Shown here one piece after another: positions 1 through 13,159 of a DNA stretch of 64,000 bases. A program made the translations under genes and the position numbers. Position 1 is the stretch's first letter, and each line of letters starts with the position of its first letter. Source of the stretch: Diplonema japonicum (taxonomy: Eukaryota > Protista > Euglenozoa: Diplonemea); NCBI GenBank assembly GCA_964019335.1, contig OZ025680.1, positions 310,001-374,000 on the forward strand, read 5' to 3'. The notes beneath the pieces are model-generated. The model had not been told where the DNA came from. It saw nothing but the letters and a program-made list of their open reading frames with translations, and did not search any database.

Positions 1-607
1 CCCAATAAAAAATATTAAAAAAAAAAAAACATAGTAGTGACCACAATTGAGACTGCATTTGAGAGGGAGAGATCCTAACCTCGCGCGTGACCATTTATGG
101 GGGCTTTATCAAAATACATGCCTCCTCCCCCCTTAATCTTCACATGTGAAAATAAATACTGCAAAGGCGGCAAAGTTGGGTGGTCACTCCCCCCCCCCCC
201 CCCCCCTCTTTTTTTCATTGGATGGGTTAGAGGGCAATGTTTCTAAACAATAAACAACGACTTCAATAGGGCACTTGCTGTTCCTGCCAACACTACCCCT
301 AGAGTAGAACCTATACCGCCTCAAAGAAACAAAAAATGGGGCTTTCTTGAAAAAAAAGAGGGGGGTAAACTCTACACCACTCTGCAAAGCGGCAGTCTAT
401 AGAGAAATAAGACACAACAAAATTCACTGTGATGGGGGGGGGGGGGGGGGGTGTTTAGCAAAAGGGATGGGGGCAAGATCACTGCTGAATCAAGAAAAAA
501 AAATTTTTTTTGGCCCAACTGACCTCGCGATATTTTTTTTTTTCTTCTTTCAAAAAGAAGAATAGAAGGGGTGTGTGTGTGGGGGGAGGGGGAGGGGGGA
601 GAAAATC

Positions 608-1975
608 TCAACATTCCCCCTCATCCGTATCATTTCCATCTTCGCTCTCGTCAGTGAGGTCATCCTCCTCTTGTTCCGTGGGCACAAAGTGAACCACAGA
701 TGGAAGCTCTAAAGTGAATCGCACCTTCTTGATATCATCCCTGACTGGGACAAGAAACCGGGCGACCGAAGGGGTCGTCTTCACAGTCGATACCGCAGGA
801 GGGTGCGGCACAGGGCTACACACCACACAAACCCCCGGTTTATAATGATTACCAATCGACACTGGCGCGCTATAAGGATAACTGCCCACCCACCAAAGAC
901 AAGGCGGCGGGTTGCTCACCGCCTTGTTGAAAATATCCGAATACGAGACATCCAAGCAGTCATCGGTTAGATACAGCACCCAGTTTGAACCGTTCCTAGC
1001 AGGGCCCAGGTTGGACTCACGCGGGGTGACTAACAACCGCATATGTGCTACCTCTTCCACATCGTCCACATGCTGTATCATCCACAGTTTGTCATTGTGT
1101 GATACGGTGACACCAGGCGCGTTTCGTTTGCTTGTTAATTGTAGTTTCGGTGGTTGCCAAACAACCCCTGCATCGTCCACCATGGTGGGCCTTTGTTGAG
1201 CATTGCATGTTGACCATGCATGCGCCCATTTCCCGATTTGCGGTGTCACACGTTCCGCAGGCGACGATACTATAGGTACGGTATCATTGCCTTCGTCCTG
1301 TTCCACGACAGTCGATACGTTTGTGTATTCAATATGCCGGCGGAACCCTCTTGAAGGTGATGACGGGGGTGGGCTTCTAGGGGATAATGCGTGAGGGAAA
1401 GGTATGCTCAACCCTGACAGCATTAACGCCTTTGTCTGCCGTTCTATCGATTCCCTGTTGGAGATGGATCGTTTCCTGCCGTGTGCAGCGGGGCTTAATG
1501 GTGGTTTTGTTGCGAATACTGCGCTGAAAGGGAAGCCCAGTGGGAGGACAACATACTCTTCAGACTGTGAAAGCTTCTCCAACGAGTTTACCTCCGTCCC
1601 GTCCCTCAACCATAAGCAGTTCGGGTAGGGTCGGATCGGTGGTGTAACACTTGCGCAGCACTGCGCAATGACATCGCTGAAGCACCTGACTCGCTTCAGC
1701 TTCAAGCAGGTAGACACCCCATTGGTCGCCATCCCATTGATTACAGTCAGAGCCTTAGGTATCCCTTTCAAGACATGTTGTGTCAGTTCAGGGTCTAGCC
1801 TCGCACGAACATTAGGAGTAGGGGGTTCATAGGTGGATTTAACCTTGACAGGGCCCTCCGGTACAGGCCATCTTCCTTTAAGCTGCCGACGCTTTGCAGG
1901 TGTGTGGGTTCTCCTTGCCCTGCCCAGGTCAATTATGTTGAATCTTGTAAGCGTCGAAGTGTGTGCTTCATTCAT
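608..1975 (-). CDS. Doublecortin (DCX)-like domain protein, 455 aa
   Basis: Long ORF with the ATG directly after an A-tract. The segment PKALTVINGM...RVRCFSDVIAQC...LWLRDGTEVNSLEKLSQSEEYVVLPLGFPF follows the DCX-domain pattern. The C-terminal half is unrecognised. Confidence 0.65.
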   Translation of the reverse strand: MNEAHTSTLTRFNIIDLGRARRTHTPAKRRQLKGRWPVPEGPVKVKSTYEPPTPNVRARLDPELTQHVLKGIPKALTVINGMATNGVSTCLKLKRVRCFSDVIAQCCASVTPPIRPYPNCLWLRDGTEVNSLEKLSQSEEYVVLPLGFPFSAVFATKPPLSPAAHGRKRSISNRESIERQTKALMLSGLSIPFPHALSPRSPPPSSPSRGFRRHIEYTNVSTVVEQDEGNDTVPIVSSPAERVTPQIGKWAHAWSTCNAQQRPTMVDDAGVVWQPPKLQLTSKRNAPGVTVSHNDKLWMIQHVDDVEEVAHMRLLVTPRESNLGPARNGSNWVLYLTDDCLDVSYSDIFNKAVSNPPPCLWWVGSYPYSAPVSIGNHYKPGVCVVCSPVPHPPAVSTVKTTPSVARFLVPVRDDIKKVRFTLELPSVVHFVPTEQEEDDLTDESEDGNDTDEGEC

Positions 1976-2680
1976 TTTTTTTTTCTTTTTTTGGTCACCA
2001 ACCTTTCCTTTTTTTTTTTTTTTTTTTTTTAAATGGAAGATGCGAAATGACGAAGCATGATGAGATTTGGACGGAGCGACACAGTATCGTTTACCACCGT
2101 GACCGCATCAGGAATGTAGTTTGGGGTAAGAAAAATATTGAGATTTTGTTGGTGAAGGGGGGTAAGACAGCAGATAGCGAGTTTTTTTTTTTTTTTTTCC
2201 CCTTCCCCTTCCCCCTTGCCCGTACGTGGGCAATTCTTACCTCAACCCTCCCTCCCTCCCCCATAAAAAGAAGGGAAACAAAAGAAACACATAAGAAAGG
2301 TTGCATTTTGACAAAATAGTTCATTCTATTGGTTTTTCATTCCTATCTTTTTTTTTTAAAAGGGATGGGGGTTCTCTTACAGGCACCACTACTTTTGGAT
2401 GAGTTGCTTTTTAAAAGTCGTAAAGGGGAGGTGGTGGGGGGAGGGGAGCAACAACGGTAATGCAAATACCAAAGCAGGGAGAGATAGCATTCATGGAATG
2501 GGGAGAGAGAAGACCAGTTGTGGTTCAACAAAAAAAAAAAAAAAAAGAAAAGAAAAAAAAACATTGCGCCCACACGTCGTCTAGGGGAAAGGTGAATGGT
2601 GCAGTCACGCACGTATGTACTTTACTCTTTCCCCCCACAAAACTAAACAAAAAAAAAATTCTTTTTTTTTCTTTTTTTTT

Positions 2681-3905
2681 CTAACACGCTGTTGAAGCTC
2701 TCGGATTTTCATAATCCTCGCCGCAATCTTCATCATCCTCACATGGCTCGCTATTTATACTGCAATTGGAAATTTAATCTTTTTTTTTTTTTTTTTCCCC
2801 CAGCATACTAAGAAGATCCAGCAGAAGAACGCCCACGATGGATGCCTTTGTTGCGCACTCTGCGCTCGAAGAGAAGGACCTTTTTTTTTTTTTTTTATTT
2901 CCCTCATACCTGTGAGCTCACGCCCCACAAGAAATCCAAATGCATCTGTTGGATTCTGAGCGGTAAGTCGAGGATGGAGGTGCGATCAGAATTCACCTCT
3001 GAATGGGAAGCAGGCGCAGAAGAAGAACAGGTGTTGTAGTTAGGAGTAGGAGTCTGCCTCGACACATTGGTGGGTTCTAGCAGAGGGTCAGTCTTGGCAG
3101 AGAGAAGCTGGAGTGTATGAGTCCTACAAAAGAACACAACCAAATTAAACATGGGCATTAAAGGTGACACCACCGACCACAAGCCTGCCCAGTCGTGTGT
3201 ACAAGACAAGCGCAGCCACCCGTAAAAGGTAAGCAAAGGCGCTACACCGCGAAGGGCGATTGAGAGAGGCAAGAACAGGATCCGCGGGGCAACACCTGTC
3301 CTCTTTGAACGAAAATTTGTGAACACATAAACACAACAAATAGATGCCGTGGTAAACAACACCAAGTAGAAAATAGTTAAAACATGCTCAGCTGCCTCTT
3401 CTGTAGTCGATGTTTCCTGTGAAGGGCAAGGTGACTTTAATTTCCACCACACAACCAATGTGACTTGTATCAAGGGGACTATGAAGAATAAGGCGACGAA
3501 TGCTTTCAGAATCTGCCTGGGGACCACTTCAAACCGGTAAAAATGGCAGGCATCTAGTGCAGCTAAGTAGCACAGCATTGCGGTCCAGAAGACACCGCAA
3601 ACCTCTGTCGAAATCCTTATCGTTTCCATAAACCTGCAGGTTCCCTCTTTGCTGTACCAGCTGTGCCCGTCACCTACGGTATGCCTTGCCACTACTATCC
3701 ACCATAGGCATAATACCATATCCCCTGCGGCTATTAGTTGCAACCCCTTATGTGCCATGCTCCTGAAGCCCTTGAGCCAGCTGGTGGCTACCTGTAGTGC
3801 TGCGGCTATGAACCCTATTCCTGCTAGTGCCATGTACATTTCATCGTGAACCCATGAAGGCATTTCAGTTTCGCCGTATTGCCATGCTTGGTTACAGGGG
3901 GGCAT
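2681..3905 (-). CDS. 7TM GPCR-like membrane protein (cAMP-receptor/Git3-like), ~381 aa; exons 3905-2910, 2879-2809, 2759-2681
   Basis: About seven hydrophobic segments, with GTCRF before TM3 and FWTAMLCY in TM3. Introns 2880-2909 (GTATGA..AAG) and 2760-2808 (GTATGC..CAG) keep the frame to TAG at 2683-2681. Confidence 0.65.
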
Positions 3906-4495
3906 TTTTTTTTTTTGCTGGGTGTTTTTTTTTTTTCCCTTCTTTTTTTCTCGCGCCCCCCCCCCCCCCCCCTCCCTCCCCCCCACGCCCCTCTTTTCCT
4001 CCTTTTTTTTTTTTTCCCCCCTGGCAGGAATAATAAAAAAAAGAATTCATTGAAACGAATCTTTTTTTTTTCCAGCAAAAGATAACCAATTTTATTTTAT
4101 TTTTCTCCTCCCCCCATTTTTTTCCCTCTTTTTTGTTTTGTTTTCTTTGGTTTTTTTTTTTCTTCTTTTTTTTTCCCCTCTCTCTACGCATTGTGTATCC
4201 TCGAGCGGAGGATATTTTTAGATTTTGCATACCTGTGAAGGAATAAAAAAAGGGGGGGGGGGGCAACATACATGCAGAATATTGGTGCAATAACAAGAAG
4301 TACTATCAAACCACAACCGGCCAACCACGCCGTTGTGCTGGGGATTTCTGTTAATGTTGGCATGTTTTTTTTTTCCCACCCCCCTCCCTTTTCTTATCCC
4401 CCCTTTTTTGTGGTTTTGTTGTTTTGTTATTATTTAAATTTTATTTCGGGCAAAACCCTTTATATTCCGAAAAAAAAATTTTTTTTTTCTTTTTT

Positions 4496-5236
4496 TTACA
4501 TGAATCTTATGGCTGCTCGTATTCTCACTCTCTCATCTGTGTCCATCGTCTCAGCCTTGACCCTCTGCGCGGCAGCTAAGAGAGGTTTAAAGTCGAATCC
4601 CTTGATAAGGGAAGGTGTAAATGTTTCAGCAGATACCACAAATCCTAAGATTTTAGCTAAGTCGCCAAGGGCGGTGGGGTAGCGGGCTGCCACAGTGGGA
4701 AGGGCCTGAAGACAATCGGAATAAGCAAGTTGCGAGAGGAAGAGATCCTCAGAGAGGGTAGACGAAAGGGTGTGTGAAAAGGCAAGCCGTAAAAGGGACG
4801 CGCACAACGGTACACCACCGTGCCGAGCCGAGAGGGAAAAATATTTCGAAACAACCGAAAACAACAGCCTGACTTCTAGGTCGTGAACAGCCTCAGGTAG
4901 CTCCAAACTGACTAGAAGCACCTCTAGCGCAGCAATTTCATACTCTTCATCATCCGATTCATCCTCACTGTTGCCTAGTATCCTCAATAAAAAGTTCACC
5001 CGCCCGTGTTGAATAACGCTCGCGATGGCCCCCACCCCCCTGTCCCACACTGTGCCCTGACCACCTCGTTCAAAGTCTGCTATAGTCTTCAACCTCCTCA
5101 ATCCTTCTAAGTCGCCCTCTTCCATGTCCTCGCATATCTCTTCTGCTTCTTGCTTCAACCGTTCATAGATCAGAAGTCCTGTGTCGTCTGCTGCAGAGAT
5201 GCGATATGACTCAGATAAAACAGGAGGGGCCGACAT
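4496..5236 (-). CDS. Hypothetical alpha-helical (ARM/HEAT-like) protein, 246 aa
   Basis: ORF free of long homopolymers, with A-tract-ATG start and Leu-rich helical composition. Confidence 0.7.
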   Translation of the reverse strand: MSAPPVLSESYRISAADDTGLLIYERLKQEAEEICEDMEEGDLEGLRRLKTIADFERGGQGTVWDRGVGAIASVIQHGRVNFLLRILGNSEDESDDEEYEIAALEVLLVSLELPEAVHDLEVRLLFSVVSKYFSLSARHGGVPLCASLLRLAFSHTLSSTLSEDLFLSQLAYSDCLQALPTVAARYPTALGDLAKILGFVVSAETFTPSLIKGFDFKPLLAAAQRVKAETMDTDERVRIRAAIRFM

Positions 5237-5436
5237 TTTTTTTTGTGTAAATGAAAAAAAAAAATGAAAAAAACTGGAATTTTAAAAATTCTTTTTTTTT
5301 TTTTTTGCTACTCCGAAAGAGATGAAACAAAAAAAAAAAAAAAAAAAAAAAAAGCTAGGGGAGAATTGTGAAAAAAAAAAGAAGAAAAGAAGAAAAAACT
5401 CATAGTAAAAAGACAATCCCACTTGAGGACCAGCCT

Positions 5437-5477
<41 letters not shown>

Positions 5478-6000
5478 AATGAAGTTTTCTTTTGAGAGGC
5501 CCCATTGGTTTTCCCTTTTTTTTCCGGTCGCTTTGTGAATTGATGCTCAGGTTTACAACAAAAAGAAATATCTATGTTGCTCCTATACTGATGAAAAATA
5601 TTTAAAGATTTTTTTTTAAAAAAAAAGAATTTCTTTCTTGCAACAAAAAGATCTTCGAGAGTAGAAGCATCTTCATGGGCCAAGAAGATAATTGAAACCA
5701 TTACGCCACACAAAAGGTTAACAAAAAAAAAAGGAAAACTAAATAAAAGCGAAAGGTTTGGTAATTTGATCTAGGCCCCTCCTCCAAACCTTGTTCTCCG
5801 TGCCCCATCTATGCTATTTCTTTTCTTGGTTGTACGTGCGTGATAAGGGGAGTGGAGGAGGGGGGAAAAAAAGAGAGAGACTTAAAAAAAAATAGCACGG
5901 GTGATAGGTAAAACAAGGAGAACGAGAACGAGTTTCTCAGAAAGAAAGAAAAAATAAATAAGGAAAACAAAAACTCAGTCTGCACAACCCTTTTTTCGTT

Positions 6001-6200
6001 NNNNNNNNNNNNNNNNNNNNNNNNNNNNNNNNNNNNNNNNNNNNNNNNNNNNNNNNNNNNNNNNNNNNNNNNNNNNNNNNNNNNNNNNNNNNNNNNNNNN
6101 NNNNNNNNNNNNNNNNNNNNNNNNNNNNNNNNNNNNNNNNNNNNNNNNNNNNNNNNNNNNNNNNNNNNNNNNNNNNNNNNNNNNNNNNNNNNNNNNNNNN
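6001..6200. other. Assembly gap (200 N)
   Basis: Run of N. Confidence 1.
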
Positions 6201-9176
6201 CCCCTCCCCCCTTTTGTGCCGATACAAATTGGCAGATAAAAATAGTGCTAAAAGAGAATAAAAAAACAAAAAAAAGGGGGGGGTAAGAGAATTGTTGAAA
6301 AGCATTCCACAGCTTAAGAAACTGCAAAAGATAAAAATGTGTGTGTGTGTGTGTGTGTGTGTGGTTAAAGTAGAATAAAAATAAATATGAGAGCACCGAA
6401 AAAATCTTCCCTTGTCCCGACAGGGTTAAAGAAACTTAAACCAAATCCGTATCGTCTGTTCTTTGTTGTGCCACACTTCACGGGTCCATTGTTTCAACTA
6501 TTTTAATTCTACGACAGTTTAGACCCCTGCTTCAGGGCCGTCGATGGAAAGAAATAAGAAGAAAAGGCAAAAAGAGAAAAAAAAAAAGAGAAAAAAAGAG
6601 AAAGGATATGTAAAAGCACATCCTAATTTAGTTCTTTTTTTTTTCTATTCCGCAAAAAAAAAAGAATCTTTTTTTTTTCTTTCTTGTGATTTTTTTTTTT
6701 TTTTTTCCTTCTTCTTCTTTCCATTTTTTTTTCTTTCAGTTTTTTTTTTTCTTTCTTTTCTCTCTCTGGGGAAAAATACAGGGGAAGAAGTTCAACTAAA
6801 AAAAAAAAGGAAAAAAAAAATGTGTACCAAAAAATATAAGACTTAGAATCCACACATTGCCGGGTTTTCCCCCTGGTTCCCCCGGGCATAAGCCGGTGTT
6901 TCCCCCCTCCCTCAAAAAAAAGGGGGGGTGTGTTTCGGCAGATAACAGCTCAAATCCGTCTGATCGAGATTTTGTTTTGCTCAAACAAAAATATCCTAGC
7001 ATTGTGAATTCCAAGTTTAAAACTAAATTCTCAAGATAAAAAAAAAAAAAAAAAATGTGGGAGAGGGGGTGTGGTAATAGAAATATAATCATAGGAGGGG
7101 GCAGCAAAGTACGCAAGTACGTAAGCATGTGCTGTGCAAAGGAAACGTAAAAAGAAAAAAAAAAAACAAAAGGAAGTAATTCTTCCCACCCCCCTTTTTG
7201 TATTTTCCCCTCTGTCCCTTCCATGAGAAAGGGAGAAGAAGGGGAAAAAAAGGGGGGGGGAAGAAGAGGTTGGTGAAGAGCAAGAGAGATTTTTTTTTTT
7301 TGCTTTTTTTTTTGTTTCCACCTGGTGCCCGAGCGACCATGTTGTTGCAAGTAGACCGTTCTTAAGCAACAGGGTGGAGCACACAAATCCCTTTTCTCTC
7401 TTTCCTAGTGGTCTCTTTCTTCCTTTCTCTATTCGTTCATTTTTTTTTTTTTTCCCGTGACCACAAACATAATCTTTCAACAGCTTTTGCTGCGCAGTAT
7501 GCGCATTCTTCCCTGTTCTCCCCCCCCCCCCCCCCCCCCCAATTGTTCCTGGTCTTTATCAAGGTTGCAAATAAAGAAAAAACAAAAGGGGGAAGGGAAT
7601 TCACACTAGAACCAGGTGAAGGAACGGCGGTGGTTTATGGAGAAAGAATGTAGCCAGTTGGCACACTGTGGTTCCCCCTCATTTGTTCAAAGAAATAAGA
7701 GATTATAGGAGGCCTTAGGCCGAGCTTCTTCTGCAAAGAAAGTTGCCCCTCCTTCCCCCTTCCATCTGCAGTAGGACTTCATCTCGTAAGCCAAAGTGAC
7801 CCACTGCACAACTGGAAGGGGGAGGGGGAAAGGGAGAAAAAAAAAAAGAAAAAAAAAAAAAAAGAAAGAGTGGGGGGAAGGAACAACTGAAAACCGATCA
7901 TCATGCCCGCATCAATGGTACGAAATTTCAAGATCCTGCTTTCTCCTTCTGCCCCTCCCTTCCTTCTTTTTCTTATTTTGGATGTTCCCCCCCCCTTTTT
8001 TTTAATCTTTCTTCCTCTTCTCGCTTATTTGGTACCGGTTTCTGGGGGAAGTGGTTGGGGAGTGGAGTTGGGAGGGTACAGATTACAACTACAAACTACA
8101 AGTGTGCAACAAAAAAAAAAGGGGGAGAGAGAAAATTCAATATGGCTTTGCAAAACCGATCCACTGGAAGGCAAAACAAAAAAAAAAATATAAAAAAAAA
8201 CCAGGGCGGGGGAGAACGGCATAAGGATATATGAAAAGGGACAGGGAGAAAGAAATTCAGCTTAAAAGAGAAAAAAAGAAAAAGAAAAAAAAACAGGAAT
8301 CTGCGACAGAACCAAAGAAGAGAGCGCAACTCTTTTTTTTCTTTTTTTTTTTCTTCCTTCCGGAAGCCAGCGGCTGAGCTCACTGAAATGATTATAAAAG
8401 GAAGAAAAAAACCCCCTAATAATTATAATAAAAAGAAAATCGCATGTGGCTAGTAAGAGGAACACGGAATTTTTTTTCTTCTCCACTTTTCTCCAACAGT
8501 GAACACCCTCCTGCACCGGACTTTTTCATATTTTTTTTTTTTTTCGAACGCCTGGTTTCTCTCTCTTTGGTCCCTCTCTTCTTCTGTCACAACTCAGAGA
8601 AAAAAAAAAAGAACCCTTATTGATGTTAAAAGAGGAATGTGAAATAAAATAAGATGCAAGAAAAAAAAAGGAGGAAAAAAAAAAAAAAAAACTTGATTTT
8701 TTTTTCCCTTTCTTTTTTTTTTTTTTTTTTTTTTCGTTTGCTTCCCTCTCAGTTCCTCCCGCCATCGCTTAAGGAGATAAGATATAAAAGAAAAGAAAGA
8801 AGGAAAAAAAAAAAGAAACTAGTGGTCGCAAGCTTGTGCTGTCGGTTATTGCAATTTAAGGGGAGTGAGGGGAGGGGGAAACATAGAAAAAACTGTAAAA
8901 TAACGGAAATCGAGAATCGCAAAAATATCTGCTTTTTTTTTTTTTTTTTTTTTTTTTTTTGATCATCTCTGCCAAGAGTTGGGGGATGAGAAAAGAAAAC
9001 CCCCGCTTTTGTCTTTGCTGGCAACATCCACAACCAGGACACCCTCTCGCGCTTTAGCAGTGCTTTTGCATTTTTTTTTTTTTTTTTACTGTTTTCGCAA
9101 GCCGCTTCGATCAGAAAAAACTTTTTTCACTTTATTTCCCCTCCGTTTTTATTTTTTTTATTATTTTTTTATTCGG

Positions 9177-9208
<32 letters not shown>

Positions 9209-9631
9209 ACGAAAAAGTTCGCTGTTACAGGTAAGAGAAAAGAGCAAAAAAAAAAAAAAAGAGAGGGGAACATCAAACATAAACCAATTAAGTTCACACG
9301 AAAATAAATTAAGACCGTGACGACAGAAAATAAGTTGGATTACATTTGCCCCCCTTTGGTTGTTTGAATTTGATTTTTTTTTTCTTTCACTTCTTTCCCG
9401 AGAAAAAAGTGATCGCCCCTTTTTTTTTTTCCACTCGCCTATGATTTTTTTCCCCTCCTCAAGTCATTTCTGAGGAAAAAGAATGTAAAACAAAAAAAAA
9501 AAAACTTTTTTTTTTCTCTTCTTTTTTTTTTTGTTGCAGATAAAAAAAAAAAAAAAAAAAACTAAAAGTAACCAATACCAAATTGGAGTATGTGTTTTGA
9601 TGGAAGGAATCACAAAAAAAAAAAAATCATT

Positions 9632-10741
9632 CTACACCCCACCATTCAAATTTTCCTCTGTACGCTGCACTCTGGTGTGGGACGGATTCTTGCAGAATAG
9701 GAAGAAGACGGCAGCAGTCACGAGTACCACAAAGACAACCGCACCAATAACAATGGCGGCAATAACACCGGGAGCAAGCCCATCATCACTGCTCGAGGCA
9801 GCACACGTAGGAGGGTCACTGGCAGTAAGGGTGTAGCCGGAAAGACACGCGAATGCGATACACTCAGTCCCAAGCTTGAGCTGCTCCGCAACACCAGCCG
9901 TGGCTGGGCAGCTGCTGCTCCCCTCCGATGAGACAGTGACGCTCATCTGAGTCCCGAAGGTAGATGCCATACCAGCATTTGTGCTCACCTCCGTCGCCCA
10001 ACCCTGCTGAAGTTTGGCCGGGTCCGTCTTGTCAGAGTCGGCAATGGTGGTGGTCGCTGACACTCCTGCCAGGATGGACCCACTCCTGTAGACACTCTTG
10101 CGCAGATTGCTGAAGCTCTTCAAAACGAAGGTCTCGAAGAAGTCCTTCCCTGTCTGGTCCAGCTGGGGGAACTGTCCAGCGACGAAGTTGAAGCTGCAGA
10201 ATAACTGGATCTCTGTGTTGAGGTCCACATTGTCCGGGAAGCACCCCAGCCTCTCCTTCCCCGCAACGAGAGCGTGGCCAGTACTGCACACACACACACC
10301 GGCTACACACTTCCCGCCTGCGTCATTGCGCGAGCAGACAGAGTTCGTGGAAGTGGTACTGCAATAGGTGACAGGGGCATCTGTCGGTTGCGGGGTGGGA
10401 GCAGGTGTAGGGACAGGTGTAGGGACAGGTGTAGGGGCAGGTGTAGGGACAGGTGTAGGGACAGGTGTAGGGGCAGGTGTAGGACCAGGTGTAGGGGCAG
10501 GTGTAGGGACAGGTGTAGGGACAGGTGTAGGGACAGGTGTAGGGACAGGAGTGGGCATAGGGGTATCCGGTGTGTCATCAACAGGTGTAGTGTCGTCTAT
10601 CGGCGACTCCTCTGCCACTGGGACTATCGCCGGCACCACTTCATCGATGGGAGGCAGGTCGTCGGTCGGGGCATCACTGGTACACATTGCAACGCTGCAG
10701 AATACTGTCAGCAGCATGAACGTTGGAGCGTAGATTTGCAT
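9632..10741 (-). CDS. Type-I membrane surface protein, paralog 1: signal peptide, PT-repeat stalk, Cys module, SEA-like domain, Cys module, TM; 369 aa
   Basis: Hydrophobic N-terminus, (PTPV/PTPA)n, C-x7-[12 protein letters not shown]-like GSILA motif, [27 protein letters not shown]. Confidence 0.85.
   Translation of the reverse strand: MQIYAPTFMLLTVFCSVAMCTSDAPTDDLPPIDEVVPAIVPVAEESPIDDTTPVDDTPDTPMPTPVPTPVPTPVPTPVPTPAPTPGPTPAPTPVPTPVPTPAPTPVPTPVPTPAPTPQPTDAPVTYCSTTSTNSVCSRNDAGGKCVAGVCVCSTGHALVAGKERLGCFPDNVDLNTEIQLFCSFNFVAGQFPQLDQTGKDFFETFVLKSFSNLRKSVYRSGSILAGVSATTTIADSDKTDPAKLQQGWATEVSTNAGMASTFGTQMSVTVSSEGSSSCPATAGVAEQLKLGTECIAFACLSGYTLTASDPPTCAASSSDDGLAPGVIAAIVIGAVVFVVLVTAAVFFLFCKNPSHTRVQRTEENLNGGV
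10395..10560 (-). repeat. Coding 12-bp tandem repeat (GGTGTAGGGACA on +) encoding Pro-Thr-Pro-Val/Ala
   Basis: Directly visible tandem array. Confidence 0.95.
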
Positions 10742-11140
10742 TTTTTTTTTCTTCCCTTTTAATGTTTCTTTCTTCCCAGATTTGTTGGAAAAAAAAAAAG
10801 AAAGAAATACAAATAAAAAAATAGAAATTATGGTAAATGAAAAAAAAAAAAAAGAGGTTATCCTAAAAGCCCCACCCCATCGAGAAAAAAAAAAGAGAAG
10901 AAAAAAGGAAGAAAAAACAAGTGAAAGGAAAACATATGAGAGGGAATTAACTCAATTTTTTTTTTCATTTCTTCTGAGTAGATGGATAGGTTGGGAATTG
11001 GCGAGGGACGTGGTCCCTGCGAAAGGGGAGAGGGGGAATAGGGAGGGAGGTGTTTTTTTTTTTTTTTTTCTTTATTTGTTGCTGGAGACAACAGTGTTCG
11101 TTAATTACTACAGCAAATTTAGAGAAGCAAACAAAAGGGG

Positions 11141-11177
<37 letters not shown>

Positions 11178-12024
11178 CATTCACCCCCTTTATTTCTCTT
11201 TTGTTTTCCCTCCTCCCTCGCCATAGTTATGGTTCTTTTCTTTTTCTTTTTTCTTTCTTTTTTTTTTTTTAAAAAAAAGACGGAATAATCCCTTGTGAAA
11301 TGGAGGATGTGTAAATGAAGGGAAATGGAAGAAAAAAAAAAGAAAAAGAAAAAAAAAAACTAGTTCCAGCGCTTCATGAGTGGTATTTTACCTAGATAAA
11401 ATAACACGTCACGCTGCCAGTAACTAGTTTTTACAAATATTTAAAAAAAAAAATCGATTTTTTTTTACCGTCAAGGTGATACAAGAGATAAAGCGCTCAA
11501 TTCGAGCACCACAGTCGGGTGTTTGTCGTGTTTGGTGGGATGGGGCATCTTTTTATTTTTTACCGAAGCCAAAATACGATTCGTGCCATTTGGGTGACAG
11601 TACTCAATTTCTGAAATGACCTGGCCAAGGAAAAAAAAGGGGGGCCCCTCAAACTAAATTTCTTTCGGCTGGTACATTACGAAGGTAGAATAATTTGATG
11701 GGGGGAGAGAAAAAAAAAAAGGTTGTCTAGTAATACAGGTGGGGTTGCACTTTTCTCCCGCAAAAGAACAAAAAAAACCCCCCCAGAAAAAAAAACAAAT
11801 GGGGCTTTGATTGCAACACTAGGTGGCGTTAAGCGTGGAATGCAACAAAAATATTGAGGAGTGGACCTTTTAAAAAGAAATAGATAAGACGGTAAACGGT
11901 ATCGGGATCTCTTCCCCTCAAGTAAGGGAGTATTTAAAAAAAAAAGCAAAAAAAAAGGGGGGCAAAAACTTGCAAAAGTGAGTCCTTACTTGGCACACAA
12001 GAGTACAAGTTGAATGGAACAAGG

Positions 12025-12055
<31 letters not shown>

Positions 12056-13159
12056 GCGAAAGAAAAAAAAAAAGAATTATAGACCCTCATCCCCTTAATA
12101 CGCGGTCTAATGAACGGGAATAAAAAAAAAAAAAAGAGACATTTACTCCCAAAAAAAAAAAAAAAAAAACAGAGAGAGAAACAGAAAGAAGGAAAACGAG
12201 AAGACTAGGGGAATGTAACCTTTCTCCCTTTCCCTTGTCTTCAGCTTTTTCTTCCACTTTCTAGAGGGAGGAGGAAAGAAGAAAAAAAAAAAGGAGGGGC
12301 AAAAAAGGTTGCGTTCAAAAGAGGTGCCCAGAGAGAAAAAGGAGGGGAAGAAGAGAGAGAATATTACGAAAAGCATACAATGGAGGGGGAGAAAAAAAAA
12401 TGAAAAAGTATTATTCTAATAGGAATAGAAACGAGGTGGCTAGCACCGGCCGAGCGATCTGAGACCCAGAGGCACTCGGCTGGTGATAACATGTAGAGGA
12501 GATTATTTCTTTCTTTTTTTTTCTGTTTTCTTTTCCTCTCCCTTTACCCTACTGGTGGCTCTTCTTGAGAAGAAAATAGTTAAAATAATAAATAATAGGG
12601 GGTAAAAAAAAAAGAGGGATTTCTAATTTAACGCAACCCGTGATGCGAGTTTTGGAAAAAAAAGGGGGGTGGGGGAAGCGATTCGTAAGGCCTCAAAAAA
12701 GAGAAACAATAGAGTAGAGAAGAAAAAAAGAAATAGCCAACTGTCTGCAAGGAGATCAGGGTTGTTTTTTTATTCTTCCATCCCTCTTTTTTTTTTCTCT
12801 CGGCACCTAGATTTGGAACCTGACCCAGTCGTAGCCCTCTTCATTTCTCTTTTATTTTGTTTTCCCTTTTAAGTTGACATGTTTTTATAAAAAAAAAGAA
12901 AACTAGAGGAGGGAGTGAAAACGGTAGTTTTTCCTCCCCCCCTTTTTTAATTTTTTTCTTTCTTTTTTTTTTTAATTCTTTCTTTTTTTTTTTTCCTCCT
13001 AAAAGAAGACCCTCCAGCGGTCACAGGAACCATCTCCTTGCCGAAAAAAAAAAGGGAAGGGGATGGAAGAATTAAAAAAAAAATAATGAGAGGAAAAAAA
13101 AAAAGAAAAAACGGAATTTTTTTTTTAAAAAATACAGATCCTGCTAGGGGGTATGAGAC

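Noticed and set aside
5282-9209. Many poly-Lys/poly-Phe/poly-Gly ORFs here and in other spacers
   Set aside because: They are translations of homopolymer runs, not coding sequence.
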